A stretch of DNA of 64,000 nt from an uncultured Acidobacteriota bacterium (GTDB lineage Bacteria; Acidobacteriota; UBA6911), in assembly GCA_963843575.1 (NCBI GenBank), contig CAWJKZ010000013.1:608001-672000 (forward strand). The letters are read 5' to 3'. The notes below the pieces were generated by a model. The model saw nothing but the letters and a program-made list of their open reading frames with translations, did not search any database and was not told where the DNA came from. A program made the translations under genes and the position numbers. The first letter of the stretch is position 1. Each line of letters opens with the position of its first letter. Shown here piece after piece: positions 47,074-57,580 of the stretch.

Positions 47074-48318
47074 ATGGCTATTGCGCTTCGCAGGGAATCG
47101 GTCGGGGTATGGGTCGGCGGCGTCCAGGTGGGCGGGCGCGAGCCCATCGTCGTGCAGTCGATGACCAACACCGACACGGAGGACGCCGCCTCCACGGCGC
47201 GACAGGTTGCGGCCCTTGCGGCTGCCGGTTCCGAGCTCGTGCGCATCACGGTGAACACGCGGGCGGCCGCCCGGGCCGTCCCCGAAATCCTCGCACGACT
47301 GCGGGACCAGGGTTGCGAGGTCCCCGTGATCGGCGATTTCCACTACAACGGCCACATCCTGCTGACGGAGTTCCCCGACTGTGCGCGGGCCCTGGCCAAG
47401 TACCGGATCAACCCGGGCAACGTCGGGGCGGGCAGGCACCACGACGAGAACTTCCGGCGCATGATCGACGTCGCTGGGGAAAACGGCCGGCCGGTGCGCA
47501 TCGGCGTGAACTGGGGCTCGCTCGACCAGGCGCTGCTTACCCGCCTGATGGACGAAAACACCCGGAGCCCGGAGCCGAAAGGCTCGCGGGCGGTGTTGCT
47601 GGAGGCGATGAACGTCAGCGCGCTCGAATCCGCCCGGCGGGCGGAGGAATACGGGCTGGGCGCGGACAAGATCATCCTGAGCGCCAAAGTCTCGGGTGTG
47701 CAGGATCTGGTCGAGGTCTACCGTTCGCTCGCCGCGCGGTGCCGGTATGCCCTCCACCTGGGCTTGACCGAAGCGGGCATGGGGACGCGCGGCGTGGTTG
47801 CGTCGACCGCAGGGCTGGCGGTCCTGCTGCAGGAAGGGATCGGCGACACCATCCGGGTCTCGCTCACCCCTTCACCGGACGGCGACCGCGCCGAGGAGGT
47901 CAGGGTCGCCCAGCAGATCCTTCAGTCGCTCGGGATCCGCAGCTTCATGCCCCAGGTGTCTGCCTGCCCCGGCTGCGGGCGCACCACCTCCACGTTCTTC
48001 CAGGAAATGGCCGGCCGGATCGAGGGCTATCTGCGTGACCGGATGGCCGAATGGCGCCGGAGTTACGAGGGGGTCGAGGAACTAAAGGTGGCGGTCATGG
48101 GGTGTGTGGTCAACGGCCCCGGGGAGTCCAAGCATGCCAACCTCGGGATTTCGTTGCCGGGCACCGGGGAAGAGCCCCGGGCGCCCGTGTTCGTGGACGG
48201 CAAGCTCCTGACCACGCTTCGGGGCGACGGCCTCGTGCAGGAGTTCATCGCCATCCTCGACGACTACGTGCGCACTCGCTACTCTCCCAAAGGTCACCCC
48301 GGGTCCGGCGATTGTTGA
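47074..48318 (+). CDS. ispG: HMBPP synthase IspG
   Basis: [61 protein letters not shown]. Confidence 0.97.
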   Translation: MAIALRRESVGVWVGGVQVGGREPIVVQSMTNTDTEDAASTARQVAALAAAGSELVRITVNTRAAARAVPEILARLRDQGCEVPVIGDFHYNGHILLTEFPDCARALAKYRINPGNVGAGRHHDENFRRMIDVAGENGRPVRIGVNWGSLDQALLTRLMDENTRSPEPKGSRAVLLEAMNVSALESARRAEEYGLGADKIILSAKVSGVQDLVEVYRSLAARCRYALHLGLTEAGMGTRGVVASTAGLAVLLQEGIGDTIRVSLTPSPDGDRAEEVRVAQQILQSLGIRSFMPQVSACPGCGRTTSTFFQEMAGRIEGYLRDRMAEWRRSYEGVEELKVAVMGCVVNGPGESKHANLGISLPGTGEEPRAPVFVDGKLLTTLRGDGLVQEFIAILDDYVRTRYSPKGHPGSGDC

Positions 48319-48422
48319 CCCTCCGGCGGTCCCAGTGAGGGAGTGAGCCGCCGCGGCATCGACACGACTGACCCTCCGGATCTGCGGTGCACGTTTGCAC
48401 CGGGCGGGAGGCTCTTTCCTCC

Positions 48423-48950
48423 GTGGACGAAACCGAGCGGGGACTGGTCGTGCGCGCGCGCATCGGCGACGTCGATGCGTTCTCGTCGCTGGTCGAACTG
48501 CACTGGTGCGCTCTGGTGCGGTTCGCCCGCTCTGTCGGCGGCGAGGCCGACGCCGAGGACTGCGTTCAGGAGGCGTTTGTCGCCGCCTGGCGCAAGCTGC
48601 CCGGGCTTCGGGAACCGGAGGCTTTCCCGGGATGGATGATGCGCATCGTGGCGCGCAAGTGTTTCCGCCGGGGACGATGGGCTGCCCGGCTGCGGCCGCT
48701 CGTTGCCGCGCCGCACCTGCAGGCGCCAAGTGCGACCGGAGCGCTCGAGGTCGAGCAGGTTCTCGGCCTTCTGGCCCCCAGGCAGCGCGCGGTGATGCAC
48801 CTGACGGTCGTCGAGGGCTTCACCGACGCGGAGATTGGCCGCGGCTTGGGGATAGCGGCGTCGTCGGTGCGCTCGCACCGGCGGAAGGCTCGTGAAATCC
48901 TGCGCCTCGCGTTGCGCGCGCCGGCTGCCGGCAAAGGAGGGGACTCATGA
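48423..48950 (+). CDS. ECF (sigma-70 group 4) sigma factor
   Basis: GDVDAFSSLV, DAEDCVQEAF, F.GW..RI, region 4 L..RQRAV...EI...LG....V.S...AR. GTG after GGGAGG. Confidence 0.88.
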   Translation: MDETERGLVVRARIGDVDAFSSLVELHWCALVRFARSVGGEADAEDCVQEAFVAAWRKLPGLREPEAFPGWMMRIVARKCFRRGRWAARLRPLVAAPHLQAPSATGALEVEQVLGLLAPRQRAVMHLTVVEGFTDAEIGRGLGIAASSVRSHRRKAREILRLALRAPAAGKGGDS

Positions 48951-49297
48951 CTCGGATCGGGGAACCTGACCGGGAACGGGATTTCGAGGACCGGTGGCGG
49001 GAGTGGGCGTCGCACCCCCCGCACCGAAGCCCTGCCTCCGCAGCCCGCGCGGTGCGGACGCGACTGAGCCGGCCTCCTGCCCCCCGCTGGTGGCTGCCGG
49101 CCGCCGCTGCGGCCCTTGCCGTGACCGCTCTCCTTTCCGTGCGTTCCCTTGGTCCGCCCGGGCCCGTGCCGGCGTCGCTCCCCCTTGCCGGAGCGGAGGC
49201 AACGCCGCCGCTCGGCGACGGGGAGGTGCTGATCTGGCTCGACAAGGATACCCCGCTGTACATGACGTACCAGCAGCCCTCCGGAGGGAACAAATGA
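48947..49297 (+). CDS. Putative single-TM anti-sigma factor
   Basis: ATGA overlap with the sigma stop; TM WWLPAAAAALAVTALL; short C-terminal VLIWLDKDTPLYM. Confidence 0.6.
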   Translation: MTRIGEPDRERDFEDRWREWASHPPHRSPASAARAVRTRLSRPPAPRWWLPAAAAALAVTALLSVRSLGPPGPVPASLPLAGAEATPPLGDGEVLIWLDKDTPLYMTYQQPSGGNK

Positions 49298-50151
49298 CCC
49301 GCACAAAATGCGCGCCGCTCCTGTGCCTTCTCCTCGCCTCCATGGTTCGGGCCGCTTCCGGGCCTCCGGAAGAGCCGGTTCGCACGAGCTTCACCGTGTT
49401 GGTGGGATTTCCTGTCGGACCCGAAGAGGGAAAGAGAGCGGTCCTCCTGGTCCCCGGGACCCTGATCCCGCTCGATGGGTCGGCGCCGGGATCCGGGGAC
49501 AGCATGCGGCGCCAGGTGCTGGACAGGAGTCTCGCCTTCGGCAGGGCGGCCGAGAAGCTCTGGGACACGTTCCGCCTCGACCCGGGCCGCCGCCCCCAAA
49601 AGACCCGGGTGGAGGAGGCACTACCGGATCGTCAGATCGAGCTACCTTCGCTCGAGGAGGCCGACGTGCGCGCCTTCGCCACCCTCCGCGGCTTCACCGA
49701 AAAGACGGCGACCTTCCGCATCGTCTTCCGGCAGGGTGACAAGTCGCTGGCCGACTCAACCGTCGTTGCTGCCCGCGGGGGCCGGGCCGTGGTCGGGGCG
49801 ATGGACGGTGCGGCCGCTCCGTACCTGTTCCTGTTTGTCGAGCCGGACCTTCCCGGCCCGGCCCTCCTGAAGAGTGCCGACATCACCCCGCCCGTCGTCA
49901 TAAGCAAGGTCGACCCGGCTTATCCTCCGGAAGCAAAGGAAGAAAAGGTCATGGGCACCGTCGTGCTCGAGGCGACCGTCGGGATCGACGGGATCGTCAC
50001 CAACATCGTCGCGCTCCAGGACCCGGACCCGCGCCTCACCCGGGCCGCCGCAGACGCGCTGAGGCAGTGGCGTTTTCGTCCGGCACAGCTCAAGGACGGG
50101 ACGCCGGTCGCGGGGCGGATGGCGGTCACGATAAATTTCCAGCTGCGCTGA
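49294..50151 (+). CDS. Secreted protein with C-terminal TonB domain
   Basis: Signal peptide; unknown N-domain; PPVVISKVDPAYPPEAK...GTVVL...AAADALRQWRFRPA...VTINFQL. Confidence 0.85.
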   Translation: MTRTKCAPLLCLLLASMVRAASGPPEEPVRTSFTVLVGFPVGPEEGKRAVLLVPGTLIPLDGSAPGSGDSMRRQVLDRSLAFGRAAEKLWDTFRLDPGRRPQKTRVEEALPDRQIELPSLEEADVRAFATLRGFTEKTATFRIVFRQGDKSLADSTVVAARGGRAVVGAMDGAAAPYLFLFVEPDLPGPALLKSADITPPVVISKVDPAYPPEAKEEKVMGTVVLEATVGIDGIVTNIVALQDPDPRLTRAAADALRQWRFRPAQLKDGTPVAGRMAVTINFQLR

Positions 50152-50213
50152 GTGCACGATGTTGCGCCCTTGGGGACTCCTACCTCCGGAAACCTTTTCC
50201 AGGGGAGGAAATC

Positions 50214-50570
50214 ATGATTCGATGCGCAACGATCGCCTTAATGGCCGGGGTGCTTTCATTGGGTTTGATCCATTCGGCGGCGGCGTCCGCCGAGGAAAAA
50301 GTCGCCAAACCAACCCTGCTGCAGAAAGTGGATCCAAAATATCCCGCCGACGCCAAGAGCGAGAAAGTGCAGGGAACTGTCAAGGTGCAGGCTATCATCG
50401 ACACGCAGGGAAACGTTGCCGAGGCCACGGCCTCCGAATCGCCCGACGCGCGCCTCTCGCAGGCGGCCGTCGACGCGGTCAGGCAGTGGAAGTTCAAGCC
50501 CGCCCACACCCTCGCCGGGAAACCGGTGAAGGCCAAGACCACGATTACCGTCAACTTCCGCTTGAAATAG
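50214..50570 (+). CDS. Stand-alone TonB C-terminal domain protein with signal peptide
   Basis: Signal peptide ending AAASA; KVDPKYPADAK...GTVKV...AAVDAVRQWKFKPA...ITVNFRL; GGGAGG RBS. Confidence 0.85.
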   Translation: MIRCATIALMAGVLSLGLIHSAAASAEEKVAKPTLLQKVDPKYPADAKSEKVQGTVKVQAIIDTQGNVAEATASESPDARLSQAAVDAVRQWKFKPAHTLAGKPVKAKTTITVNFRLK

Positions 50571-50590
50571 GTGCCGCACAGGAACGCATT

Positions 50591-50733
50591 CTGGAGTGCG
50601 GCGGCCCGACGCCGCCGCAGGCCGAGGTTGCCGGGCCGGAGCGCGCTATTCGATGTGGCGCCGAGGCGCCGAGCATTCCGGCCGCGGGAAACGAATGAAA
50701 GCGGCGCCGAGGTAGCCGAGGTGCCGCACTCCA
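50591..50733. repeat. Composite repeat site D: GGAG-type REP doublet
   Basis: GGAGTGCGGCGG... to ...GCCGCACTCC; a diverged reverse complement of 6057-6190. Confidence 0.8.
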
Positions 50734-50868
50734 AACAGCCCTGTCGCAGAAAGCATCTACCCTGCCGGCATCGAGTTCTGTATCATCCCGCGTACATGAG
50801 GGCCCGGGCCGTTCGGGACTGTGCTATTCTACAAAGCCCTGAACTCGAAACCGCGGGAAACGACGACG

Positions 50869-52632
50869 ATGCTCAAGACGCACCAGTGTGGCGAATTGCG
50901 ATTGGCCGACGCGGGCAAGACCGTAATCCTTGCCGGTTGGCTGCACAGGAGACGGGATCACGGTGGGGTCATCTTCATCGACCTGCGCGATCGTTCCGGA
51001 CTCGTTCAGGTAACAGTGAATCCTGGAGCCACAGAGGCATATGCACCCGCGGAGAAGGCGCGCAACGAGTACGTCCTGAGGATCACCGGGGAGGTGCGCG
51101 CGCGCCCCGCCGGCGCGGTCAACCCGAACCTGGGAACGGGTGAAATCGAGGTGCTCGCGCGGGCGATCGAGATACTCAACCCCTCCAAGCCCCTGCCGAT
51201 GCCCATCGACGACGAGGGCTACAAGACCGACGAATCGCTCCGCCTGAAGTACCGCTACCTGGACCTGCGCCGGGCCCGCATGCAGAAAAACATCGTGCTG
51301 CGTCACCGGACGATCCAGTTCATCCGCGATTACCTGGACAAGGAAGGGTTTCTCGAGATCGAAACCCCCATCATGATCAAGTCGACGCCCGAGGGTGCGC
51401 GGGATTACGTGGTGCCGAGCCGGGTGTGGCCGGGGAAGTTCTTCGCCCTGCCACAGAGCCCGCAGCAGCTGAAACAGCTGCTGATGGTGGCTGGTTTCGA
51501 GAAGTATTTCCAGATCGCACGCTGCATGCGGGACGAGGACCTGCGGGGGGACCGTCAGCCCGAGTTCACGCAACTCGACCTGGAGATGTCGTTCGTCCGA
51601 GCGCGAGGACGTCCTCGACGTGGTCGAGGGGCTGGTAACGGCACTCGTCCCCGCGGTGGTGCCGCACAAGCGCATCTTCACGCCGTTTCCCGAAGTTGAG
51701 CTACGCGGAGGCCATGGCCCGCTACGGCAGCGACAAGCCCGACCTGCGCTTCGGCATGGAGATCGCCGACCTGACCGCGACCTTTCGCACTTCCGGCTTC
51801 CGGGCGTTCTCCGACACGATTCAGTCGGGTGGTGTCGTGCGCGGCCTCGCCGTGCCCGGCGGCGCGGCGTACTCGAGGAAAGAACTCGATGTCCTGACCG
51901 AGATGGTGAAGGCCGCCGGAGGGCGCGGCCTGGCCACGATCGCGTGGGCGGAGGACGGGCTGAAGGGGAGCATCGCCAGGTTCGTGACGGCCGACGAAGC
52001 CGCGGCCGCAGCGGCGGCTCTGAAGGCGGGCCCGGGCGACCTGGCTTGCATCGTGGCCGACAAGCCCGCCGTCGTCGCCAAGGCTCTGGGCGCACTGCGC
52101 CTGGAGTTCCGGGACCGGCTGAAGCTGGCCCCGCCCGATCTGCTCGCCTTCGCGTGGGTCGTCGACTTCCCCATGTTCGAGTGGAGCGACGAGGAGCAGC
52201 GCTGGAGCTTTGCCCACCACCCGTTCACGATGCCCAAGGAGGAGCACCTCGACATGCTCGAGAGCGACCCGAGTTCGGTGCTGTGCAATGCCTACGATCT
52301 GGTGTGCAACGGTTACGAACTGTCCAGCGGCAGCATCCGGATCCACCGCCGCGACATCCAGGCGAAAATCTTCCGCAGCCTCGGGTACAGCGACGAGGAG
52401 GCCTACCGCCGCTTCGGGCACATGCTGGAGGCGTTTGAATACGGGGCGCCCGCCGCACGGCGGGATGGCGCCGGGCATCGACCGGTTGATCATGTTGCTC
52501 GCGGACGAGCCCAACATCCGCGAGGTGATCGCGTTCCCGAAAACCGCGAGCGCGAGCGACCTGATGTTTGACGCCCCCTCGGAGCTCGACCCGAAACATC
52601 TGAGGGAGCTCCACCTCAAGATCACGGAATAG
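50869..52632 (+). CDS. aspS: Aspartate-tRNA ligase, probably non-discriminating (frameshifts ~51600, ~51690, ~52452)
   Basis: [64 protein letters not shown]. Confidence 0.95.
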
Positions 52633-52692
52633 CGCAAGAGACCGGAAAGGCGGACCGCGCGCCGCGTCGGCTTCCCCTCCGGACTGCCGCCC

Positions 52693-54864
52693 TTACCTCT
52701 TCCGCGGTTTTGTTGCCGGGGCGGGGGCGGGTTCCTCCGCTTTGGCTACGAGCTTCACCGAACCCATCTTCTCGAGCGCCCTCAGGTAGTCGAGCACGTC
52801 GGAGACCGGCACCGGCTCGAATTCGCCCGAAATGAAATCCCGGATTTCGAGCGCGGTCTTTTTCTGCCCGAGCAGGACGTTGAATTCGCCGCTCATGTGG
52901 GTCGGGATCTTCTTCAGCGCGGCTTCGGCTGCCGCCCGGTCCGGCGGCGCGAGGCGCTCCAGCGCCGCTTGGCTGCCGAACCGCCCGAACCCGCCCATAC
53001 CGCCCAGTCCCGTTCTCTCCGCGACCAGGCGGGACGCGAGTTTCTCGTCGTCGGTCGGCGCGGGCTCCTCTGCGGCCACGCCCGCGCGCCTGGACTGAAA
53101 CTCGTAATACGCCTTGATCTCGCCGTACAGCGCGGCGGCCCTCTGATCGATGAGGCCCGCGAGCGTTCCGAGCCTTTCCCCGGCATCCGCGCGATCCCTG
53201 AACAGGACGGCCGAAGAGCGCAGCGCGCTCTTTTCGACCTCGGCCTGATGGCGGACCGCGTTGCGCGCTTCACGGTATGGGACCGCGAGGCCGGACTCCC
53301 CGGCATCGGCCAGGTAGGCGAGACCCTTGCGCTCGGCTTCGCCCATCCGTTCCGTGCCGCGGGCGAGCACTTCGGCCGCCACCTTGGACGCGGCAGCGTC
53401 GTCGGCGGTGGCCAGGACCGTCATCGCGGCCGCCCCGACCACGGCGGCGCGTTTGAACTGGGTCGGATCGAGCTTGTCCGGCGTGTCCTGGGACGAGTGG
53501 TAGTACATGTCCGGCCAGGTGCTGAACATCGCGGCCGGAATCCCCTGGTTGATGTAGATCACGTGATCGCTCGCACCGTAGTGTTTCTCGATCAGGAAGT
53601 AGAACGGGTCCTGGCTTCCGTTCGGGGCGACCACCGGCAGGGTGAAGCCGTAACCGTTGTGCCGGTAGCGCAACCTCTCGCGGTTCAGATTCCCTATGAA
53701 CTCCACGACGCTGGCGCACAGGTCGTTCAAGAAAGACGGCAACGTATCGGGCGTGCGATGCACCACCCAGGAGCTGAAACCCTGCCGGAGGCCGAGCCCT
53801 TCCATGTCGAAGTTGAGATCGGCGATGAGCTTGTTTCGGACGTCCTGGTGCTTGTTGAGCCAGGCCATCGTGCCGCTGATTTCGGGGAGCCAGAGGAAAT
53901 GGATCGTGCGCCTCGGGGGCGGGAGCTTACGCTCGCGCACCAGCCGGATGAACGCGCGCCCCATCTCCAGGGTGGCGGCGCACCCGGAGTTGTCGTCGTT
54001 GGCGCCCTGCTTGGTATAGCCTTCGTAGAGGTGGCCCGAGACCATGATCTCCTGGTCCGACGTGCCGTCGCCGGGGATGGTGGCGTGCACGAGTTCCATC
54101 TCCCCGGGGAAGGTCTCGGCCTTGATGATCGAACGCAGCCTAATCTCTTCTCCCTGCCCAAGGCGACGGGCCAGGTCGCGACCCAGGCGCGGCGAAATCG
54201 ACCAGCCGAACCCGGGGTTGCCGCCCTGCGGCCGCTGCGTCGAGATGCTCTGGGACAGAATCTGGTCCGGGTAGGAATCGGGCCGCATCGAGTTGTAGCT
54301 CAGGACCCCCGCAGCGCCCCTCTCGAACACGGCCTGGCGCTGCAGCGCCCCCGCCCCGGCCGAGCCGAGCACGATCTTCCCTGCCACGTCTTTGCCTGCG
54401 TAGTCCTCCGGGCGCGCGCCGATACCGACGTCGACCAACTGCGCCTCCGATTCGCCCGACGAGCTCCCCGGGCAGGCCGCGATCACGACGTCGTTGACGT
54501 CGTAGAGCTTGCGCAGTTCGGGTTCAGTCATCCAGAGTTCGGCCTGCGCGGCGTGCCACGTGGGCTGGGGGCTGGGGAACGATTCGACCTCGACGGTCTG
54601 AAAACCGTATTCGCGGGCAAGACGCTCCAGGATTTCGGTCTCCCGGAAGCGTCCCTGGTATTCGGCCGGCGTGCGCACCCGAGGGTACGGCACCATTTCG
54701 AGCACCGTGTGCAGGGGCCGCTCTCCCGAGACTTCATTGATGATGGCGCGCATCTGCGTCCAGTCGAGCAAGGTGCGGTCCTCCCGTTCCTGGGTGCGGC
54801 TTGGGGTCGGGGAAAGACAGAACAGCAGAAGGAGCAGGCAGGCGGAAAGACGTGCGAGCGGCAT
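52693..54864 (-). CDS. Secreted M28 peptidase (PA domain / DUF4910-like)
   Basis: Signal peptide from ATG 54864; DYAGKDVAGKIVL (PA domain), SGHL, GANDDNSG, WLPEI.G, NFDM, ASDH, YHSSQDTPDK. Confidence 0.85.
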   Translation of the reverse strand: MPLARLSACLLLLLFCLSPTPSRTQEREDRTLLDWTQMRAIINEVSGERPLHTVLEMVPYPRVRTPAEYQGRFRETEILERLAREYGFQTVEVESFPSPQPTWHAAQAELWMTEPELRKLYDVNDVVIAACPGSSSGESEAQLVDVGIGARPEDYAGKDVAGKIVLGSAGAGALQRQAVFERGAAGVLSYNSMRPDSYPDQILSQSISTQRPQGGNPGFGWSISPRLGRDLARRLGQGEEIRLRSIIKAETFPGEMELVHATIPGDGTSDQEIMVSGHLYEGYTKQGANDDNSGCAATLEMGRAFIRLVRERKLPPPRRTIHFLWLPEISGTMAWLNKHQDVRNKLIADLNFDMEGLGLRQGFSSWVVHRTPDTLPSFLNDLCASVVEFIGNLNRERLRYRHNGYGFTLPVVAPNGSQDPFYFLIEKHYGASDHVIYINQGIPAAMFSTWPDMYYHSSQDTPDKLDPTQFKRAAVVGAAAMTVLATADDAAASKVAAEVLARGTERMGEAERKGLAYLADAGESGLAVPYREARNAVRHQAEVEKSALRSSAVLFRDRADAGERLGTLAGLIDQRAAALYGEIKAYYEFQSRRAGVAAEEPAPTDDEKLASRLVAERTGLGGMGGFGRFGSQAALERLAPPDRAAAEAALKKIPTHMSGEFNVLLGQKKTALEIRDFISGEFEPVPVSDVLDYLRALEKMGSVKLVAKAEEPAPAPATKPRKR

Positions 54865-54962
54865 GCGACGGGCCCTCCGGTGAATGGACGGCGAACCGGT
54901 AGACCCGCTGGCCTGCACGGGATCCGTTTCGCAATCAGTCGTGAGGGGCGATTTTAGAGGGT

Positions 54963-56474
54963 TCAGCCCGCGTCTGTCGCGGAAAATATGAGCCGCCCCG
55001 CTCGGATCAGTCGGCGCACGGCCTCGATGTCGGGGGAGACCGGGCGGTCCCGCTCGAGCGGCGGGACGAACTCGCGCACGAGGGCGTAGGCTCGGCCCGT
55101 GCCGGCGCCGGGTTGCAGGGGCTTCCGGAATTCCAGCGCCTGGCAAGCGGCGAGGATCTCGGCGGCAAGCGCGATTTCCGCGTTGTCGACCACGTCGCGC
55201 AGCTTGAGGGCTGCGGTCATCCCCATGCTGACGTGGTCCTCCTTGTTGGCCGACGTCGGGACGCTGTCGACCGAGGCCGGGTGCGCCAGGATCTTGTTTT
55301 CCGAGACGAGGGCCGCGACGGTGACCTGGAGCATCATGTAGCCCGAAGACACGCCCGGTTCGCGGATGAGGAAGGCCGGCAGACCGGAGAGATCGGGGTT
55401 CACGAGGCGCTCGAGCCGGCGCTCGGAGATGCTTGCCAGGTCGGCGAGCACGAGTGCCGCGTAGTCGTAGGCGTAGCCCAGCGGCGCCCCGTGGAAATTG
55501 CCCCCGGAGAGGATCGCGTCGTCTTCCGGAAAGACGAGCGGGTTGTCGGTGGCGCTGTTCATCTCGCGCGCGAGCACGGTCAGCGCGTGGTCGAGCGCGT
55601 CGCGCACGGCGCCGTGCACCTGGGGGATGCAGCGCAGGGAGTACGCGTCCTGCAGGCGGCCGCAGTCCCTGTGGGACGCCACGATCTCGCTGCCGCGCAG
55701 CAGGGCGCGGAGGCGGGCGGCGGTCTTCCGTTGTCCGGGGTGCGGGCGGACGTCTTGGATGCGCGGGTCGGCTGCCGCCGGCGTGCCCAGCAGCGCGTCG
55801 AGCGACAAGGCTCCGGCCACGTCGGCGGTCTCGACCAGGCGGTGGGCCCGCTCGAGGGCCAGCCCGCCGGTGGCGAGCATGAACTGGGTGCCGTTCAGGA
55901 GCGAGAGCCCTTCCTTGGCCTCGAGCCGAAGCGGGGTCAATCCCGCCCGCCGCATCGCCTCGGCGCCCGGGAGCGGCTCGGATCGGTATGTGGCTTCCCC
56001 TTCCCCGATCAGGACCAGCGACATGTGCGCCGAGGGGGCGAGGTCGCCGCTGGCCCCGCACGAACCGCGCGACGGCACAACGGGATGAACGCCGCGGTTG
56101 AGCATGTCGAGCAGGAGTTCGATGATCTCCGTCCGTACCCCCGAGAAACCTTTGGCCAGGGAGTTGGCCCGCATCAGCAGGGCGGCACGGACCTCGTGCT
56201 CCGGCAGCGGTTCGCCGACACCGCAGGCGTGGCTCCGGAGCAGGTTGACCTGCAGTTCCCGCAGCTTGTCGTACGGGATCCGAACGTCGCTGAGCTTGCC
56301 GAAGCCCGTCGTGACCCCGTAGATCACGGTGTCGGCGTTCAAGGCCCGCTCGATGACCGCGCGACAGGCGCTCACTCGGGCCCGGGCATCGGAGGAAAGC
56401 CCGACCTCTTCACCCTCAAGCGCGATGCGGGTCACTACATCCAGCGACAGGGACTCACCATCGATCAGAATCAA
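54963..56474 (-). CDS. hutH: Histidine ammonia-lyase
   Basis: YGVTTGFG, LLRSHACG, MIO motif GASGDL, KEGLSLLNGT, QDAYSLRC, DNP, GGNFHG, NKEDHVSM. Confidence 0.95.
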   Translation of the reverse strand: MILIDGESLSLDVVTRIALEGEEVGLSSDARARVSACRAVIERALNADTVIYGVTTGFGKLSDVRIPYDKLRELQVNLLRSHACGVGEPLPEHEVRAALLMRANSLAKGFSGVRTEIIELLLDMLNRGVHPVVPSRGSCGASGDLAPSAHMSLVLIGEGEATYRSEPLPGAEAMRRAGLTPLRLEAKEGLSLLNGTQFMLATGGLALERAHRLVETADVAGALSLDALLGTPAAADPRIQDVRPHPGQRKTAARLRALLRGSEIVASHRDCGRLQDAYSLRCIPQVHGAVRDALDHALTVLAREMNSATDNPLVFPEDDAILSGGNFHGAPLGYAYDYAALVLADLASISERRLERLVNPDLSGLPAFLIREPGVSSGYMMLQVTVAALVSENKILAHPASVDSVPTSANKEDHVSMGMTAALKLRDVVDNAEIALAAEILAACQALEFRKPLQPGAGTGRAYALVREFVPPLERDRPVSPDIEAVRRLIRAGRLIFSATDAG

Positions 56475-56496
56475 GTCGGAGACCTCCCAGGCCCTG

Positions 56497-56750
56497 AAAC
56501 AAGTGTGTCCAGGCTTCAGCCCGGACGCTGTCTGCGGTCGCCGTAGCGTGCGGCCGTCGCCACATAGATCAGATCAAAAGACGTCCGGCTGAAGCCGGGA
56601 CCCACTTGTTTTGCGGGCGGGGCAAGCGGTTCAACCGTTGGATGGCCTCTCCGGCCCGGACGTCATTTGGAGTGCGGCGCCTCGGCGCCGAGTTGCGATG
56701 CAACCGGGCCGCGCCGGGCCGACGCGGCCCACTTCAGCCCGGACCCACCT
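56497..56750. repeat. Composite repeat site E: GTGG REP doublet + degenerate MITE end + GGAG REP + REP half
   Basis: GTCCAGGCTTCAGCCCGGAC (~56507-26), GTCCGGCTGAAGCCGGGACCCAC (~56583-605), CCGTTGGATGGCCTC (56635-49), GGAGTGCGGCGCCTCGGCGCCG (56669-90), TTCAGCCCGGACCCAC (~56733-48). Confidence 0.8.
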
Positions 56751-56761
56751 ATTTTTGAGGC

Positions 56762-57580
56762 CTACGGCCCCGGCACGGCCGTCAGCCGAACGTCGCCCGA
56801 GGCGGTCTTCAGTCGGATCGGCGCTCCCCCGTCTCCCACGGTCGCGCTGAGGGATCGGGCGTTCTTCTTCGCGGCGGCCGTCAACGGGACCGCCTCGCCG
56901 TCGACGAGCTGCTCGGGGTAGTCAATCGTTATGCCGCCGTCGCCCGTTTCCAGTTGCAGGGCGGCGGAGTAAGAGCGCGGAAGGAGCAGCGCGACCGACC
57001 CGCGACGCGTCACCGCGGTGCAACTATGCCCGGTCCAGTTCCGCCCGGTCATCCTGATATCGAGGTCACCCTGCTGGGTAATGACCGAGAAGTAGCCGCT
57101 GAGGGCGTTCGCTTCCACCGATCCTTCGCCCAGGGTCGCTTCGATCCAGCCCGTGACGTCGCTGACCGCGAGGTCCCCTCTGGCCATCCGGATATTGAGA
57201 TCCGTCCTGAGCTTCGGGACCCGAACGGTGAAGTTGACCTCCATCTCGGCGTCGTCCTTCGGCGGGCCGAGGATCCGAATGGTTCCCAAAGTCTGGGTCC
57301 AGCGCACCTGGATGGGAAACCGGGCGGCCAGGTCGCGGGCCTCACCCTCCATCCGCCGGTAGATGACCCGTTCGTAGTCGACGACCACGGCAGCCCGGTC
57401 CCAGCCGATCACCTTGAGGTTTCCGGGCACCCCCGCCTCGATCTGCAGCTTCCCCCCGGGGTAGAAGTTGAACTGCTTCTGATTGCGCTCCACGAATGGC
57501 TCGGAAGGCCCCGCGGATTGCGTGGCGGCCTGCGGTTGCCCGCTGGCGAAGATCAAGGAGAGTATCAGCCCAGGAAGCAT
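56762..57580 (-). CDS. Secreted DUF4097-like beta-strand repeat protein
   Basis: Signal peptide; VRVPK, repeated GDL/GSV/GGI motifs; terminal GDGGAPIRLKTASGDVRL. Confidence 0.75.
   Translation of the reverse strand: MLPGLILSLIFASGQPQAATQSAGPSEPFVERNQKQFNFYPGGKLQIEAGVPGNLKVIGWDRAAVVVDYERVIYRRMEGEARDLAARFPIQVRWTQTLGTIRILGPPKDDAEMEVNFTVRVPKLRTDLNIRMARGDLAVSDVTGWIEATLGEGSVEANALSGYFSVITQQGDLDIRMTGRNWTGHSCTAVTRRGSVALLLPRSYSAALQLETGDGGITIDYPEQLVDGEAVPLTAAAKKNARSLSATVGDGGAPIRLKTASGDVRLTAVPGP

Noticed and set aside
52693-56061. 1122-aa ORF
   Set aside because: The N-terminal ~400 aa is an alternate frame of hutH; the real peptidase starts at 54864.
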